The notes under the pieces are model-generated. The model was not told the DNA's origin. It made no database searches and saw nothing but the letters and a program-made list of their open reading frames with translations. A stretch of 64,000 bases of DNA from Candidatus Poribacteria bacterium (GTDB lineage: Bacteria; Poribacteria; WGA-4E; JAJDTR01): contig CBDCTK010000002.1 in assembly GCA_965222225.1 (NCBI GenBank), positions 5,152,001-5,216,000 on the forward strand, written 5' to 3'. Position numbers and translations under genes: made by a program. Below are positions 1-10,044 of the stretch, in pieces (the stretch's first letter is position 1; each line of letters begins with the position of its first letter).

Positions 1-30
1 CCACTATATGAACCCTTTAATTTCATTCGT

Positions 31-1269
31 TTATTCCTTTTTCATTTCTTTTTGGCTTGCGAGAATTACCGACTCCGCGACTTTAATCAACTCGGACGAA
101 TCCAGCTCTCCGATAAGTGTGAAATCGACTCCGGAATTCGACCATTCGAGAATATGAGCGTGATGTTGCCTCATTACGTGTATAGGCACATCGTGACGTG
201 AAATGGTTTTACCGCCTCTCCTACGCGGTCCTCGATCCGGATGATGAGATTTGTGTTCCCCTTTTCGCTCAAATAGCGAAAATGTAGCCAATCCGTCGGT
301 GTACCGCAGAAACACGGTTGATGAACGGTGTTTGATATACCGCGTCTCCAGCAACTGAAATCCGGGGGGAAGATAGGTGGGTTGCACCAGCCGAACCCCC
401 AACGCTTCTTCTGCTTCCACATCCTTGATAGGTTGGCTTCGCCGCTCCGCTTTCTCAAATATCAGCTTCTTGTCATTCTTCAATTCGGCTAGCGTCCCCT
501 CAACTTTTTCGCGATCGAACTCTATCTGCGTAAAAACGCCCATGAATTGAAGGTGTCCGGTGTAGTCAAACTCCTCCACGCGCAGGATAATTCCATTACA
601 GCGTGAAATGAAGAGACGCTTTGTAGGTCTACCCTCGAACTGGGGATAGATTTTAATTTCATTCGTTTCTTCGCCTGCAATAGCGCTTCCGGGCGACAGG
701 TGGAATCGATAGTTTTGCGCGAGGAGTTGCATCTCTGCTTGAGAAAGGTTGCTTATCCGTTTCCGTCGTGGTAGGAACTCTCTTCGACTAGAAGGTCTAT
801 CACCCCGACTAGGTCGTCGTTCTTTGCGATCTTTATCCTTGAGGCGTTCAATCTCACGGTGTTTATCGAATCGATCTCTGCCGACGACCGATAATACCTT
901 GACTGCATTAACGTCTGGCGGATGGTGGATTACAAGGTCCTCACGAACGGTTAGCCCGCGCGGCGTGTGGAAGGTGATTAACCGCGAACCGGTATAACTT
1001 ACTGCATCTTCGGCGGCCGCTATGCGCCGCAAGACCTCAAGAAACTGCTCTGGCGTATTGGAGAGAGCATCTTCTGAGGAACCAAAAAGCAACCCGCAAA
1101 CGAGAAGCGTGGAGAAAAGCCAAACAATGGCGTGAGTCCCGAATCGTGATAGGATTCCTAACTTATTTCTAGGTATTTTCAATGGACCGCCTCCTGTATT
1201 CGGAATTCCATTGCTAACTCGTCCAGCTTTTGGGCGCGGACTGCTCAGTTTCCCTATTGGATATTTCAT
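31..1269 (-). CDS. MucB/RseB-like periplasmic anti-sigma partner (LolA-like fold, C-terminal PxYLPxGF domain)
   Basis: 412-aa ORF with a hydrophobic N-terminal segment, 'VSYTGSRL', 'IAGEETNEIKIYP' and 'QPTYLPPGF...RYTDGLATFSLFE' typical of RseB/MucB-like proteins; directly downstream of an ECF sigma and anti-sigma. True start may be further downstream. Confidence 0.7.
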   Translation of the reverse strand: MKYPIGKLSSPRPKAGRVSNGIPNTGGGPLKIPRNKLGILSRFGTHAIVWLFSTLLVCGLLFGSSEDALSNTPEQFLEVLRRIAAAEDAVSYTGSRLITFHTPRGLTVREDLVIHHPPDVNAVKVLSVVGRDRFDKHREIERLKDKDRKERRPSRGDRPSSRREFLPRRKRISNLSQAEMQLLAQNYRFHLSPGSAIAGEETNEIKIYPQFEGRPTKRLFISRCNGIILRVEEFDYTGHLQFMGVFTQIEFDREKVEGTLAELKNDKKLIFEKAERRSQPIKDVEAEEALGVRLVQPTYLPPGFQLLETRYIKHRSSTVFLRYTDGLATFSLFERKGEHKSHHPDRGPRRRGGKTISRHDVPIHVMRQHHAHILEWSNSGVDFTLIGELDSSELIKVAESVILASQKEMKKE

Positions 1270-1272
1270 GGT

Positions 1273-1806
1273 TTAGTCCCCGAGATAAACCTCTAGAAAA
1301 AAGTTTGTATCCTCTTCAACATTTGTGGGAGATAATGCTCCATTTGAGTCGAGCGAATCGGTAGCACCGTCTGAGTGCGATGAATAATACACGGAATACT
1401 GTGTATGCTCCGAAAGGTAAAGATCGAGCGAATCGTCAGAATCAGAAGTTGGCGTCAAATTAAAATAGACCATCGCGAAGAGCAGGCACGCGGAGACCAC
1501 CGCGAACGTTCCACCCATCACGGGACGGAAAAACCACTGACGAATATCCTCCGCGCTCGGAAGGAAACTTCGGCAAACCGCTCCGCGATCTGACAATTGC
1601 GGTAGGACAAGATCCGCGATAGGAGGCGCTTCGTGTCTTAAAGCGCCAATGCTTTGACGATTCTGCTGGAAGTCCGAGAGCATCTCGACACATTCGTTGC
1701 AAGTATTCAGATGCGCTTCAACCCTTGCCCGACCCTCCAGGCTTATCCGGTCGTCCAAGTATGCAGATAGTTGTTTTTGAATGTGATTGTGATTCATGAT
1801 TTCCAC
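1273..1806 (-). CDS. zinc-finger (zf-HC2) anti-sigma factor with TM helix
   Basis: 'LSAYLD...VEAHLNTCNEC' HxxxCxxC motif, one TM segment, GGAGG RBS, follows the ECF sigma. Confidence 0.85.
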   Translation of the reverse strand: MEIMNHNHIQKQLSAYLDDRISLEGRARVEAHLNTCNECVEMLSDFQQNRQSIGALRHEAPPIADLVLPQLSDRGAVCRSFLPSAEDIRQWFFRPVMGGTFAVVSACLLFAMVYFNLTPTSDSDDSLDLYLSEHTQYSVYYSSHSDGATDSLDSNGALSPTNVEEDTNFFLEVYLGD

Positions 1807-1812
1807 CTCCTA

Positions 1813-2439
1813 TCACGAAAATTGTAAGACCAATTCTCTTAAGACCTTTCTGGCTTCATGTAGTTTTGATTTTACACGTCCAACCGAGCAGCCAATCACC
1901 TCTGCCAATTCCTCATAGGAAAGATCTTGCATTTCACGCAGAACCAAGATTTTCCGATAATCATCCTTCAACTCGGCGAGCGCCTTTTGAAGGATTTCCT
2001 GCTGTTCTAGGCGCAACACCGATTTTTCCGGGGTTTCTGTGTCGATGGGCACCCAAGGTTGTGAATCGTCAATCTCCATAGCATAGGTTTGGCGCCGCTT
2101 TTTCTGATCTTTGACGTTGATACACCGGTTTGTCACGATTCGGTAAAGCCATGTGGAGAAACGCGATCGAAATTGGAATTGCCCGATATTTTCCCAAAGC
2201 CAGAGAAAGACCTCCTGCGCCATGTCGGAAGCGTCTTCCCGATTGCCAAGCATGCCGTACGCGATATTGTACACCCAATGCTGGTAATGGCCAATAAGCG
2301 CTTCCATGGCGCGCTTGTCACCATCTTGGCAACGAATCACATAATCCTTTTCTTGCTCCTTCGTCAATGCGTCCGCAACTTGGGCGTTTAGAGGCACAGC
2401 AGGCAAAACCTCCTCCAAAATGGGGTACATGGCATCCAT
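1813..2439 (-). CDS. ECF RNA polymerase sigma-70 factor (RpoE/SigW-like)
   Basis: Region 2 'DASDMAQEVFL...FSTWLYRIVTN' and region 4 'LSYEELAEVIGCSVGRVKSKLHEAR'. Confidence 0.93.
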   Translation of the reverse strand: MDAMYPILEEVLPAVPLNAQVADALTKEQEKDYVIRCQDGDKRAMEALIGHYQHWVYNIAYGMLGNREDASDMAQEVFLWLWENIGQFQFRSRFSTWLYRIVTNRCINVKDQKKRRQTYAMEIDDSQPWVPIDTETPEKSVLRLEQQEILQKALAELKDDYRKILVLREMQDLSYEELAEVIGCSVGRVKSKLHEARKVLRELVLQFS

Positions 2440-2489
2440 CCTGAAACGCGTTGGCTAGAAACCCTACGGGTTTCTTCCATTTTCATCTG

Positions 2490-2516
2490 TTAGACATGTA
2501 ACGAAGGGAAAAGTTC
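2490..2516 (-). promoter_or_regulatory. putative sigmaE-type autoregulatory promoter
   Basis: Minus strand reads GAACTT-N16-TCTAA, matching the RpoE/AlgU consensus, ~50 bp upstream of the ECF gene. Confidence 0.6.
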
Positions 2517-2609
2517 GTGGTTTATCGTTTTCCGCATTTCGATTTACAGGCGCAAGACTTGATTGCCGTCTGACATACCATTTCGTGGCACCATGCGTTA
2601 TTTCCGTTC

Positions 2610-5072
2610 TTATCGGTTCGGGCTGCCCGGTGTCATGGCAACCGCTTTGAAGTTGCCGGTGCCATCGGGAAATCTTCCGATAGCAGTATCGTCCTTTTGT
2701 ACTCCGAATTTTACAGAGTCAAGCACTTGATTGTGTCGTTCGTCCGTGTCGACGAGGATGAGCGTTTCGCCGTTCTTCGAGAGATTGAAATTAGTGTGCA
2801 GTTCCGTTTGGCTCTCGTCATCAGAATCAGCCCAGACAATCAAGTATCCTTTTGGTGCGATGGTTGTTTGTTTCGGAAACTGCCACCATTTGCGAGGGAT
2901 CGCTAGATCGTCGCTAAGATACATCCCCGCAAGATTGATGGGGTGCTCGCCAGCGTTGTAGAGTTCAATCCAATCATCATGCCCTCCGCGAGCGTCCATG
3001 ATACTGCTCGTATTGCTCGCCATCAACTCGTTAATTACAACATCCGAACCCTTGGCAGGTGGTGAAATTACGCGATATGTCAACGGTTCAAATTCAGTCT
3101 TGGCGGGGAAAAACGCCGTAGTTCCATGTGATTCTACCGCACGCGCCTCAACGTAGTAGCGCACCTCTGTTCCGGCAGGAAAACCTGGGATTTCACCAGT
3201 ATATACCCCGCCATTCTTTGACATCGGTAGGCTCTGGAACGGGGACAGTCGAGCGTAGGCATAGTATAGGATTACCTCATCAACGGCAATCTCATCGCTG
3301 ATTTTTGCCATGATCTGTACGCGTTCACCCGCTACCGGGTTTTCCGGCTCCGAGACGGATAGAGTAACGGGCGTCGGTTTATTGATTTCCGGGTGAGAAA
3401 GTAGATATTCGCGACGTTGCGTGACGAAGTCTTTAAAACTAGGCGTGCCGCCTCCTCCGCCGGGTCCGAATCCATGAGTCTGTTCTTTGATGTGGCTGGT
3501 GGCAAACGCCTCGTAAGGATAAAGCTTCTTGTCATCCGCGCTGACCCCCTCGTCAATTAACGATTGGTAAGCTGCGATAATTGACTCTAACTTTTCCCAA
3601 TCAAGCCAGTCGGCGACGATGGTACGAATGTGCGATAGGTATCGCGCTCGGAGGTGTGGGATCGCGAATAGGCGTTTGATAACGGGACGCATCTCGTCCT
3701 CCTCTTGAGCAACGGGAGACAACATCGGTCCATCGGTTGCCCAAGAGTTCGGACCGCCTCCCCCGGCAAAGCGAAAAGTCTCATTACTATCGTACGGCAG
3801 CAGGTGAAATCGACCGTTTGAATCCTGATAAATGGAATAATCACTGCCGCGGCTGAAATAACCGTCGTTGTCAATGAAGACGTTTTCAAGCGCGAGAAAC
3901 CAAAATGCTCTGTCTATGTTAAAAACGCGGGACAACTCGGCTTCAAGTTGGGCGTCGGATGTATTCTGGAGTGTTCGGCATAAGTTGATTAAGTCAATCC
4001 ACGCATTGGGCGCACCCTTTTCATTTGTCTTGAGTTGATAGGACTCCTGATAATCCGCCGGGTTGTCGCCGTTGTAGACCAACCCGCTTCCGCGACCGGG
4101 CGGCACCTTCCACCGAACGCCGCTTCTGGTGTCAAACCATTCCGAAAGGAAATCCTTGTTATATTGTTGGCTGCTGATGTAAATTCCCCAGTTCTCTCCA
4201 TTGATAACCAGTTTGACGAAGTTTGCCCTTGACGCGGGAATATAATCGCGAGCGATTCTTGAGTAGAGAACTTCTCGGAGAAAAGATGCGTCCGAATGTC
4301 CGTTAAGCAAGTTTAATGTCTTGTACCCTGAAAGACGTTGCTCTTCATCGTTGGCGTCAATAGCGATGTTAAACGACTTCTTTTCGTTCTCAACGGTGAA
4401 ATAGGACGAACTTCCACGGAAACGGACGCCGACCAATCGAAAAATCTCCCCATCCACAACTAAGTCCGCCGGAACGTCGACATCGGATTTATAGAAATCC
4501 CCCAGTTGTTCATACCAATCGTCGTCATGAAAACGTAGATAGAAGGTTCGCAAGGTGTTGTCGTTATAGAGTCCAACATTCTCCGAGATTGCCGCTGCTT
4601 TACTGGTTTTCAGGTCGCCTTCAAGCGTGGTTTTTACCAATATTTCGTCCGATGAACGTGAGGCCCCGGGTGCTCCGCGGCTGTCTTGGACGTATTTACG
4701 AGCGTCCCCGCGCTCAGACTCATTTAGTTTCCCATCCCCGTCTTTATCGAAACGGTGGACAATCTTCTCCGCACGTCGCGGTCCCCTACCTCTGCCTCCG
4801 AATCCACCCGGCCCGCCGCCCCGACGCATCTCGCGAATTGCACGTTCATCCAACCGTACTCCTGTCAACGCCTCTTGAGTAATCGTTTCAAGTAGGATTT
4901 CTTTCTCATCTTCACTTAACCGCCCGTCTCCGTCGAAATCGGACCGTTTATCCTCATCCGTGAGGGGTGGGACCGCATTTTCCGTGTTTTGTGAAAAACC
5001 GCCCGATACGACCATCATGCAGATTGTTAGTGTAATCGCAAGTGTGTAGCAAATGGGGTCTTCTCGCGTCAT
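2610..5072 (-). CDS. secreted CotH kinase-family protein with EF-hands and C-terminal lamin-tail domain
   Basis: Signal peptide; EF-hand loops 'DFDGDGRLSEDE' and 'DKDGDGKLNESE'; CotH motifs 'VGVRFRGSSS...KKSFNI', 'LREVLYSRI', 'LPYDSNETF'; LTD 'VVINELMASN...DWIELYN...TPGSPN'. Confidence 0.88.
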   Translation of the reverse strand: MTREDPICYTLAITLTICMMVVSGGFSQNTENAVPPLTDEDKRSDFDGDGRLSEDEKEILLETITQEALTGVRLDERAIREMRRGGGPGGFGGRGRGPRRAEKIVHRFDKDGDGKLNESERGDARKYVQDSRGAPGASRSSDEILVKTTLEGDLKTSKAAAISENVGLYNDNTLRTFYLRFHDDDWYEQLGDFYKSDVDVPADLVVDGEIFRLVGVRFRGSSSYFTVENEKKSFNIAIDANDEEQRLSGYKTLNLLNGHSDASFLREVLYSRIARDYIPASRANFVKLVINGENWGIYISSQQYNKDFLSEWFDTRSGVRWKVPPGRGSGLVYNGDNPADYQESYQLKTNEKGAPNAWIDLINLCRTLQNTSDAQLEAELSRVFNIDRAFWFLALENVFIDNDGYFSRGSDYSIYQDSNGRFHLLPYDSNETFRFAGGGGPNSWATDGPMLSPVAQEEDEMRPVIKRLFAIPHLRARYLSHIRTIVADWLDWEKLESIIAAYQSLIDEGVSADDKKLYPYEAFATSHIKEQTHGFGPGGGGGTPSFKDFVTQRREYLLSHPEINKPTPVTLSVSEPENPVAGERVQIMAKISDEIAVDEVILYYAYARLSPFQSLPMSKNGGVYTGEIPGFPAGTEVRYYVEARAVESHGTTAFFPAKTEFEPLTYRVISPPAKGSDVVINELMASNTSSIMDARGGHDDWIELYNAGEHPINLAGMYLSDDLAIPRKWWQFPKQTTIAPKGYLIVWADSDDESQTELHTNFNLSKNGETLILVDTDERHNQVLDSVKFGVQKDDTAIGRFPDGTGNFKAVAMTPGSPNR

Positions 5073-5147
5073 ACTCTCACCTTAGGTTATTGAAACCCAA
5101 CTATACTACAATGTTTGAAACTCCTGTTTTCTGGAATTCCACTACGT

Positions 5148-5804
5148 TTAGACTCTGTCATCCCGCAGATAGGGAAGAAGCAACGCCCTCAAATTACGCT
5201 GTGCTTGAAAGAGATGCGCCTTGATGGTGCCGGTAGACCGCCCCATTTTGCGTCCAATTTCCTTCAACGGGAGTTCCTCTTGATAACGGAGAATAAAAAC
5301 CTCTCTTTGCTTTGGGGACAACTGCATAACGGCTCGACTCAAATAGACGTAGAACTCCTCATTTTCTACAGCCTTGGAAGGTGCCGACGGGTGTCGATTG
5401 GCGACATTACTGTAAAACACGTCGTCAGACACCGGATCGTCGCTCATCACGCGGTGTTTTGACCGCTGGCGCATAAAGTCGATGCAACGATTGATTGTGA
5501 TGCGATAGATCCAACTGTAGAATTGTGAAGCCTTCTTGAAGTTCCCGAGGCCCTGATACGCCTTGAAAAAAACGTCCTGTGTGACATCAAGAGCATCTTC
5601 AGGATTTGAGATGATGGCGCGAATAACTCCATGAATACGACCACGGTAGCGAAGATATAACAGATTAAATGCCTCCGAATCCCCGTCCTGAAAGCATTCG
5701 ACGAGCTGGGAATCCTCGGCATCGGTTTCAAGCACAGATCCGGAGTTGCCAATCGGCACATAGCTAGAACTAAATTGAAACGCTTCCTGAGTCGGCATGG
5801 ACAT
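5148..5804 (-). CDS. ECF RNA polymerase sigma-70 factor
   Basis: 'DALDVTQDVFFKAY...FYSWIYRITINRCID' and region 4 'LKEIGRKMGRSTGTIKAHLFQA'. Confidence 0.92.
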   Translation of the reverse strand: MSMPTQEAFQFSSSYVPIGNSGSVLETDAEDSQLVECFQDGDSEAFNLLYLRYRGRIHGVIRAIISNPEDALDVTQDVFFKAYQGLGNFKKASQFYSWIYRITINRCIDFMRQRSKHRVMSDDPVSDDVFYSNVANRHPSAPSKAVENEEFYVYLSRAVMQLSPKQREVFILRYQEELPLKEIGRKMGRSTGTIKAHLFQAQRNLRALLLPYLRDDRV

Positions 5805-5987
5805 CTTTCCCCCGTGCGGTAGTGCGAAAATCCTGGTTAGTTGAAAATGAGCTGCGGATTATCATTCATGATTGGAAATCTCGAATTATCCATTAGGCAG
5901 ACGAATCTACAATTTGTTCGGAAAAAACCAATAACAATCGGACGCTCGTGCCAACTTATTCAATTTCCATCTCGCCCAATCATGCAA

Positions 5988-6024
5988 GATCAACCGACTG
6001 AATAAGGAGGGCGATAGAAATTCA
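5988..6024 (+). repeat. single copy of the ~37-bp GATCAA...GCGATAG unit
   Basis: GATCAACCGACTGAATAAGGAGGGCGATAGAAATTCA matches the family consensus and abuts a 5'-truncated gene. Confidence 0.8.
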
Positions 6025-7852
6025 ACAGATTGCTGATCGGCGTTATGCGCCCCGCCGAAGCGGTTGAGGAGCAAGAATTGCTCCAACAGATTAGAGAAGC
6101 CGTGCTATGGAGGCCGGAACCCTCTGAGAAACCGCCACCGATGCCGAAGTGGCAGCGATGAAGGAACAGTTCACGAAACGGATTGAAAACGGGTTTGAAC
6201 TCAGTGAACGGTTTCTCGGCATGTATCCCGAAAGCGAGAAGCGTGATGAGGCATGGATGTACAATATCCAATGTCTTTTGGGACTCTGCAGGCAAGAGGA
6301 AGCCAACGCTGAGATCGAAGCGTTCTTGAAGGCGTTTCCCAAATCGAACACGCCTTAGGAGTAAGGATGATTAAGATTGGGCTAATTGAACACGAGGGAA
6401 AATACAAGGAGGCGCTCGCCGAGTTAGACAAAATGGATCACTCGGCGGTTCTTCCCCAGGTGTATGAGGAGAAGGCACAACTCTACTCACACATGGAAAA
6501 TTGGGAAAAAGCCGCCGAATACCGGCTCCTCGCCGCAGAATTGACATTGGGCAAGCCTGCCCCGGATTTCACGCTGAAGGACATCAACGGTAAAACCGTC
6601 TCACTCAAGGATTTTCATGGCAAGGTCGTCCTGCTCGACTTCTGGGTGACGTGGTGCGGGCCATGCATCCACGAGCTACCGGAGCTGAAGGCGATTTATG
6701 AAAGACACAAGCACAACCCCGATTTCGCCCTCATTAGTATCAGTTCGGATTTTGATGACGAAACAGTCGCGAAGTTCGTCGCGAATAATGAGATGCCGTG
6801 GATTCACATCCGCGAGACCGAAGAGATGCAAGTGAAATTCAGTGTGATTGCATTACGCACTACACTGTCATTGACAAGAACGGGCTGATACGCGAAGACA
6901 ATCTGCGCGGTGGTATCCAACTCAACGCGGTGATTTCCTCCCTGCTTGCCGAAGCGCCGGGCGAACCGGATTCGCCAAACTCCACGAGTTGAGTGCGGAT
7001 CTGCACAATAGGCGCGGCGAACGGGAGCAGGCGATTCAGGTTGCGATGGACAACGACCTGGATGATGGATATTTGGCGAAGCGAATAAAAGGGATGACGA
7101 ATCGGATTTCGGAAATCCGCGACAGATCGGCGTTCAAGGCGTTTACGGAAGCTGTCCCCAAGACGGAACAGGACAGGCGGACCGACGAGGCGAATCGCAA
7201 GCTGAACGAATTCACCAATGAGCGGATTGAAGCCCGGAATTCCTTCCTACTTGTCAAAGCTGACGGCGAGATATTCATGGGTGTGATTCTGAGTTCAACG
7301 GGCCATCTGCTTGTTCCCGACAGTGTCGCCGATGCCACGGACATCCGGGCGAAGATGACAGATTATCTACCGGCTGTTGCTAGGGATTCGGAGGCAAGGC
7401 TGGCTGTTATAAAAATTCAGGGCGCGGGCGACTTGCGGCCTGTCGAGATGGGGACAGTCGATGACTTGAAGGAGTACGCGCCGTACAACTTCGCAATGGC
7501 AAATGGTCGCACGAGCAGATCGTTTCCTACAATCGTGCTGGTTACGCCCCGTGGTTATTCGGGAAATAGTGACGTTGGACAAATCGCCGTACTCATCGGT
7601 GACAGTGTCGGAACGTTTGAAATTGACAAGGCAGGAAATGTCACTTCATTCCAAATCGGTTCAAGTGAATCAAAACTCGGTGATGCGTTTGTCCACTACG
7701 ATGGCAAATTGCTCGGATTCTGCGTCGAAGATGAGGTCCTCTACAAAGGTTCCGCGCATAGCATGCCCGGTCCGAAATGTAATGTCGCACCAATCGATCA
7801 GATTCAAGCAAGCTTGGAACGGATGGGTGTGACAGAAATGCTTGGAGACTAG
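6025..7852 (+). pseudogene. disrupted TPR + TlpA/redoxin + trypsin-like multidomain gene
   Basis: Consecutive ORF pieces in different frames (6149, 6367, 6798, 6989): TPR-like helices, 'APDFTLKD...LLDFWVTWCGPC', continuation 'HYTVIDKNGLIR', and a trypsin-like 'GVILSSTGHLLV...LAVIKI'. Several frameshifts and no clear start. Confidence 0.7.
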
Positions 7853-7879
7853 GGGCTTGCGGTGGGTTGTTGCAATGGG

Positions 7880-7906
7880 GTAGGGACGTAACGGGAACGT
7901 CCCTAC
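7880..7906. repeat. GTAG-flanked REP-like palindrome between convergent genes
   Basis: GTAGGGACGT-aacggga-ACGTCCCTAC, perfect 10-bp stem. Confidence 0.7.
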
Positions 7907-7917
7907 GCCGCAATTTG

Positions 7918-8115
7918 TCAATCCGCCGCCGACCTGTCGGGATAGGTGATGGGACCGCTAACGTTGAATTCTTGACGCAGGCATTTGCGGCAATAATACG
8001 TCAGAAGCATTTTGCGATACGTAAAGCCCTTCGCTTGGTTACCGCACGTGTCGCAGTGTTGCTCCTTTATACCTCGAATGGCATCGGTAACCCTTGAACC
8101 CGCTGAAGTATTCAT
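7918..8115 (-). CDS. small CxxC/CxxC zinc-ribbon-like protein
   Basis: 65 aa with CDTC and CRKC; AGGAGA RBS just before the ATG; ECF-like promoter upstream. Confidence 0.55.
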   Translation of the reverse strand: MNTSAGSRVTDAIRGIKEQHCDTCGNQAKGFTYRKMLLTYYCRKCLRQEFNVSGPITYPDRSAAD

Positions 8116-8183
8116 TCATACTCTCCTGTTATGGACTCTTGATGAATCAAACCAGAAACTACTACTTGTCTGTTATGCTATAC

Positions 8184-8211
8184 AAACGTATAGTTATCCG
8201 AAAAGGTTACA
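8184..8211 (-). promoter_or_regulatory. putative ECF-type promoter
   Basis: Minus strand TGTAAC-N17-CGTTT, resembling the AAC/CGT consensus of SigW/SigX-class promoters. Confidence 0.4.
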
Positions 8212-8598
8212 GAAAGTGCAAAAAAAATTTCGGGTTGCGCGTAACTCGATAGTCTACCTTTGCCATCATATTCACCGCCCTTATTTGGCGTAATTTTTAG
8301 TAGTGCAATTCATTGCATCTCCGATATTTGCAATGACAAAACCAATCTTCAATACTTATGATAATTTGCGCGCCTTCCATCCTTCCATTCGTCCCGCTTC
8401 CATCTTCCACCGTTCTTGACAACCTATTTAGCAGTGTGCTATTCTTTCGCGGTCATAACCTGTAGGCAAGTCTTATTCATCAAAAATCTACGAATTACAG
8501 AGGTAATCCCATTTCGTTTGAATAATATTCCGTATAATGTTTTTCAATCATACTAATATGCGAGGACCGATACCAACAATTACCCTCGACCAAACCCG

Positions 8599-8675
8599 GT
8601 AGGCGGGGCATCTTGCCCCGCATAGGAAAAACTTGATTCACGCTATTAATGCGCCGCAAATATAGGGAATTGGCA
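8599..8675 (+). repeat. GTAG REP-like hairpin with conserved tail
   Basis: GTAG-GCGGGGCA-tct-TGCCCCGC plus a ~55-bp tail that recurs, diverged, at 59836-59897. Confidence 0.7.
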
Positions 8676-8679
8676 TAAG

Positions 8680-9765
8680 ATGGCTTCAGCGAAGAAAGTC
8701 GTCGTCGCGATGAGCGGCGGTGTCGACAGCTCAGTGACAGCCGCATTGATGCTTGAGTTAGGCTACGATTTAATCGGCATCACGATGCGGCTCGGAGCTC
8801 CCGATACGCTCGAAGTAGAATCGGGAAAGCCAAATTGTTGTTCGCTTGAAGGCATTGAGGATGCGCGGCGAGTGGCAACCCAGCTTGGGATTCCCTTCTA
8901 TGGCGTGAATTATGAGGAGATATTCCGGGAGCGCATCATTGATTACTTTGTCAATGAGTATCTTGATGGCAGAACACCGAGCCCCTGCATGATTTGCAAT
9001 CGAGAACTGAAATTCGGAAAACTTCTGTCTCTTGTCGATAGTTTGGAGTACGATTTCATTGCAACCGGTCACTATGCTAGAATTGAACAAGATCGAGACA
9101 CTGGACGATATCTTTTACTGAAGGGCGTCAATGCCAACAAAGACCAGTCCTATTTTCTGTCCGCGCTTACACAAGAGCAATTGAGTCGCGCGCTTATGCC
9201 ACTGGGTGGATTCACCAAAGATCAGGTGCGGGCGATGGCTAGGAGGTTCAAGTTGCGTACCGCCGATAAGCTTGAGAGCCAAGAATTGTGCTTTGTGGCG
9301 GACGACAACTATAGACGATTCCTGAAAGAACGGGTGCCCGAAAAGATTCACGAAGGCGATATAGTGGATAAAGATGGCAATGTACTCGGTACACATCAAG
9401 GTATCCCTTTCTATACGGTCGGGCAACGCCGCGGACTTGGAATTGCCGCCAGCAGCCCGCTGTACGTCACCCAAGTAGACGCCCAAAACAACACCATCGT
9501 TGTCGGTACACCCGCCGACTTGCTTCGGCGAACCATGCTGGTAGAGCGAATAAATCTGATTTCTATTCAACAGTTTGACGAGCCGATTCGTGCTCTCGTC
9601 AAAGTGAGATCTAGAGATGAAGGAGCGCTTGCCACCATACGCCCGTTGAGCGAAACCGAGGCGAAAGTCATATTTGATGAACCGCGACGAGCGATAACAC
9701 CGGGCCAAGCGTCGGTATTTTACGACGGAGATCTCGTCATTGGCGGCGGCTGGATTAAATCGTAA
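8680..9765 (+). CDS. mnmA: tRNA 2-thiouridine(34) synthase
   Basis: 'VVVAMSGGVDSSV', 'TPSPCMICN', 'ATGHYA', 'KDQSYFL', 'ESQELCF', 'YTVGQRRGLG', 'AITPGQ'. Confidence 0.97.
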   Translation: MASAKKVVVAMSGGVDSSVTAALMLELGYDLIGITMRLGAPDTLEVESGKPNCCSLEGIEDARRVATQLGIPFYGVNYEEIFRERIIDYFVNEYLDGRTPSPCMICNRELKFGKLLSLVDSLEYDFIATGHYARIEQDRDTGRYLLLKGVNANKDQSYFLSALTQEQLSRALMPLGGFTKDQVRAMARRFKLRTADKLESQELCFVADDNYRRFLKERVPEKIHEGDIVDKDGNVLGTHQGIPFYTVGQRRGLGIAASSPLYVTQVDAQNNTIVVGTPADLLRRTMLVERINLISIQQFDEPIRALVKVRSRDEGALATIRPLSETEAKVIFDEPRRAITPGQASVFYDGDLVIGGGWIKS

Positions 9766-9773
9766 CCGGTCGG

Positions 9774-9915
9774 GATCAAGCGACTGAATAAGGAGATCAA
9801 GCAAGCGAATAGCGATCAGCTGAGTGGTTAACGAAGGAGCAACTGACCGATAGGGAAGGCGGTAGAGATCCCATAGAAGATCCCGCGCGATAGTCATTCC
9901 TGCGATAGAGATCTC
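9774..9915 (+). repeat. nested cluster of 37-bp units (3 left halves, 1 full unit, 3 right halves)
   Basis: GATC starts at 9774, 9795 and 9814; full variant at 9837-9872; then three GCGATAG/ATAG...ATCCC-like right parts. Confidence 0.85.
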
Positions 9916-10044
9916 TTCTAGCCCGACCTGTGCGGCATAGTATGTCTTGATAGATTAAGGCGCTTCCCGCACATTTCGGACGGCTAACGCCGTATTTCTC
10001 TATAAACGCTTTCTCAAAGTATCCGGTAACAGGTGGCTGATTGT

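Noticed and set aside
9774-9915. CRISPR array (the unit is repeat-sized)
   Set aside because: No regular repeat-spacer alternation, copies are dispersed and variable, and there are no cas genes in the window.
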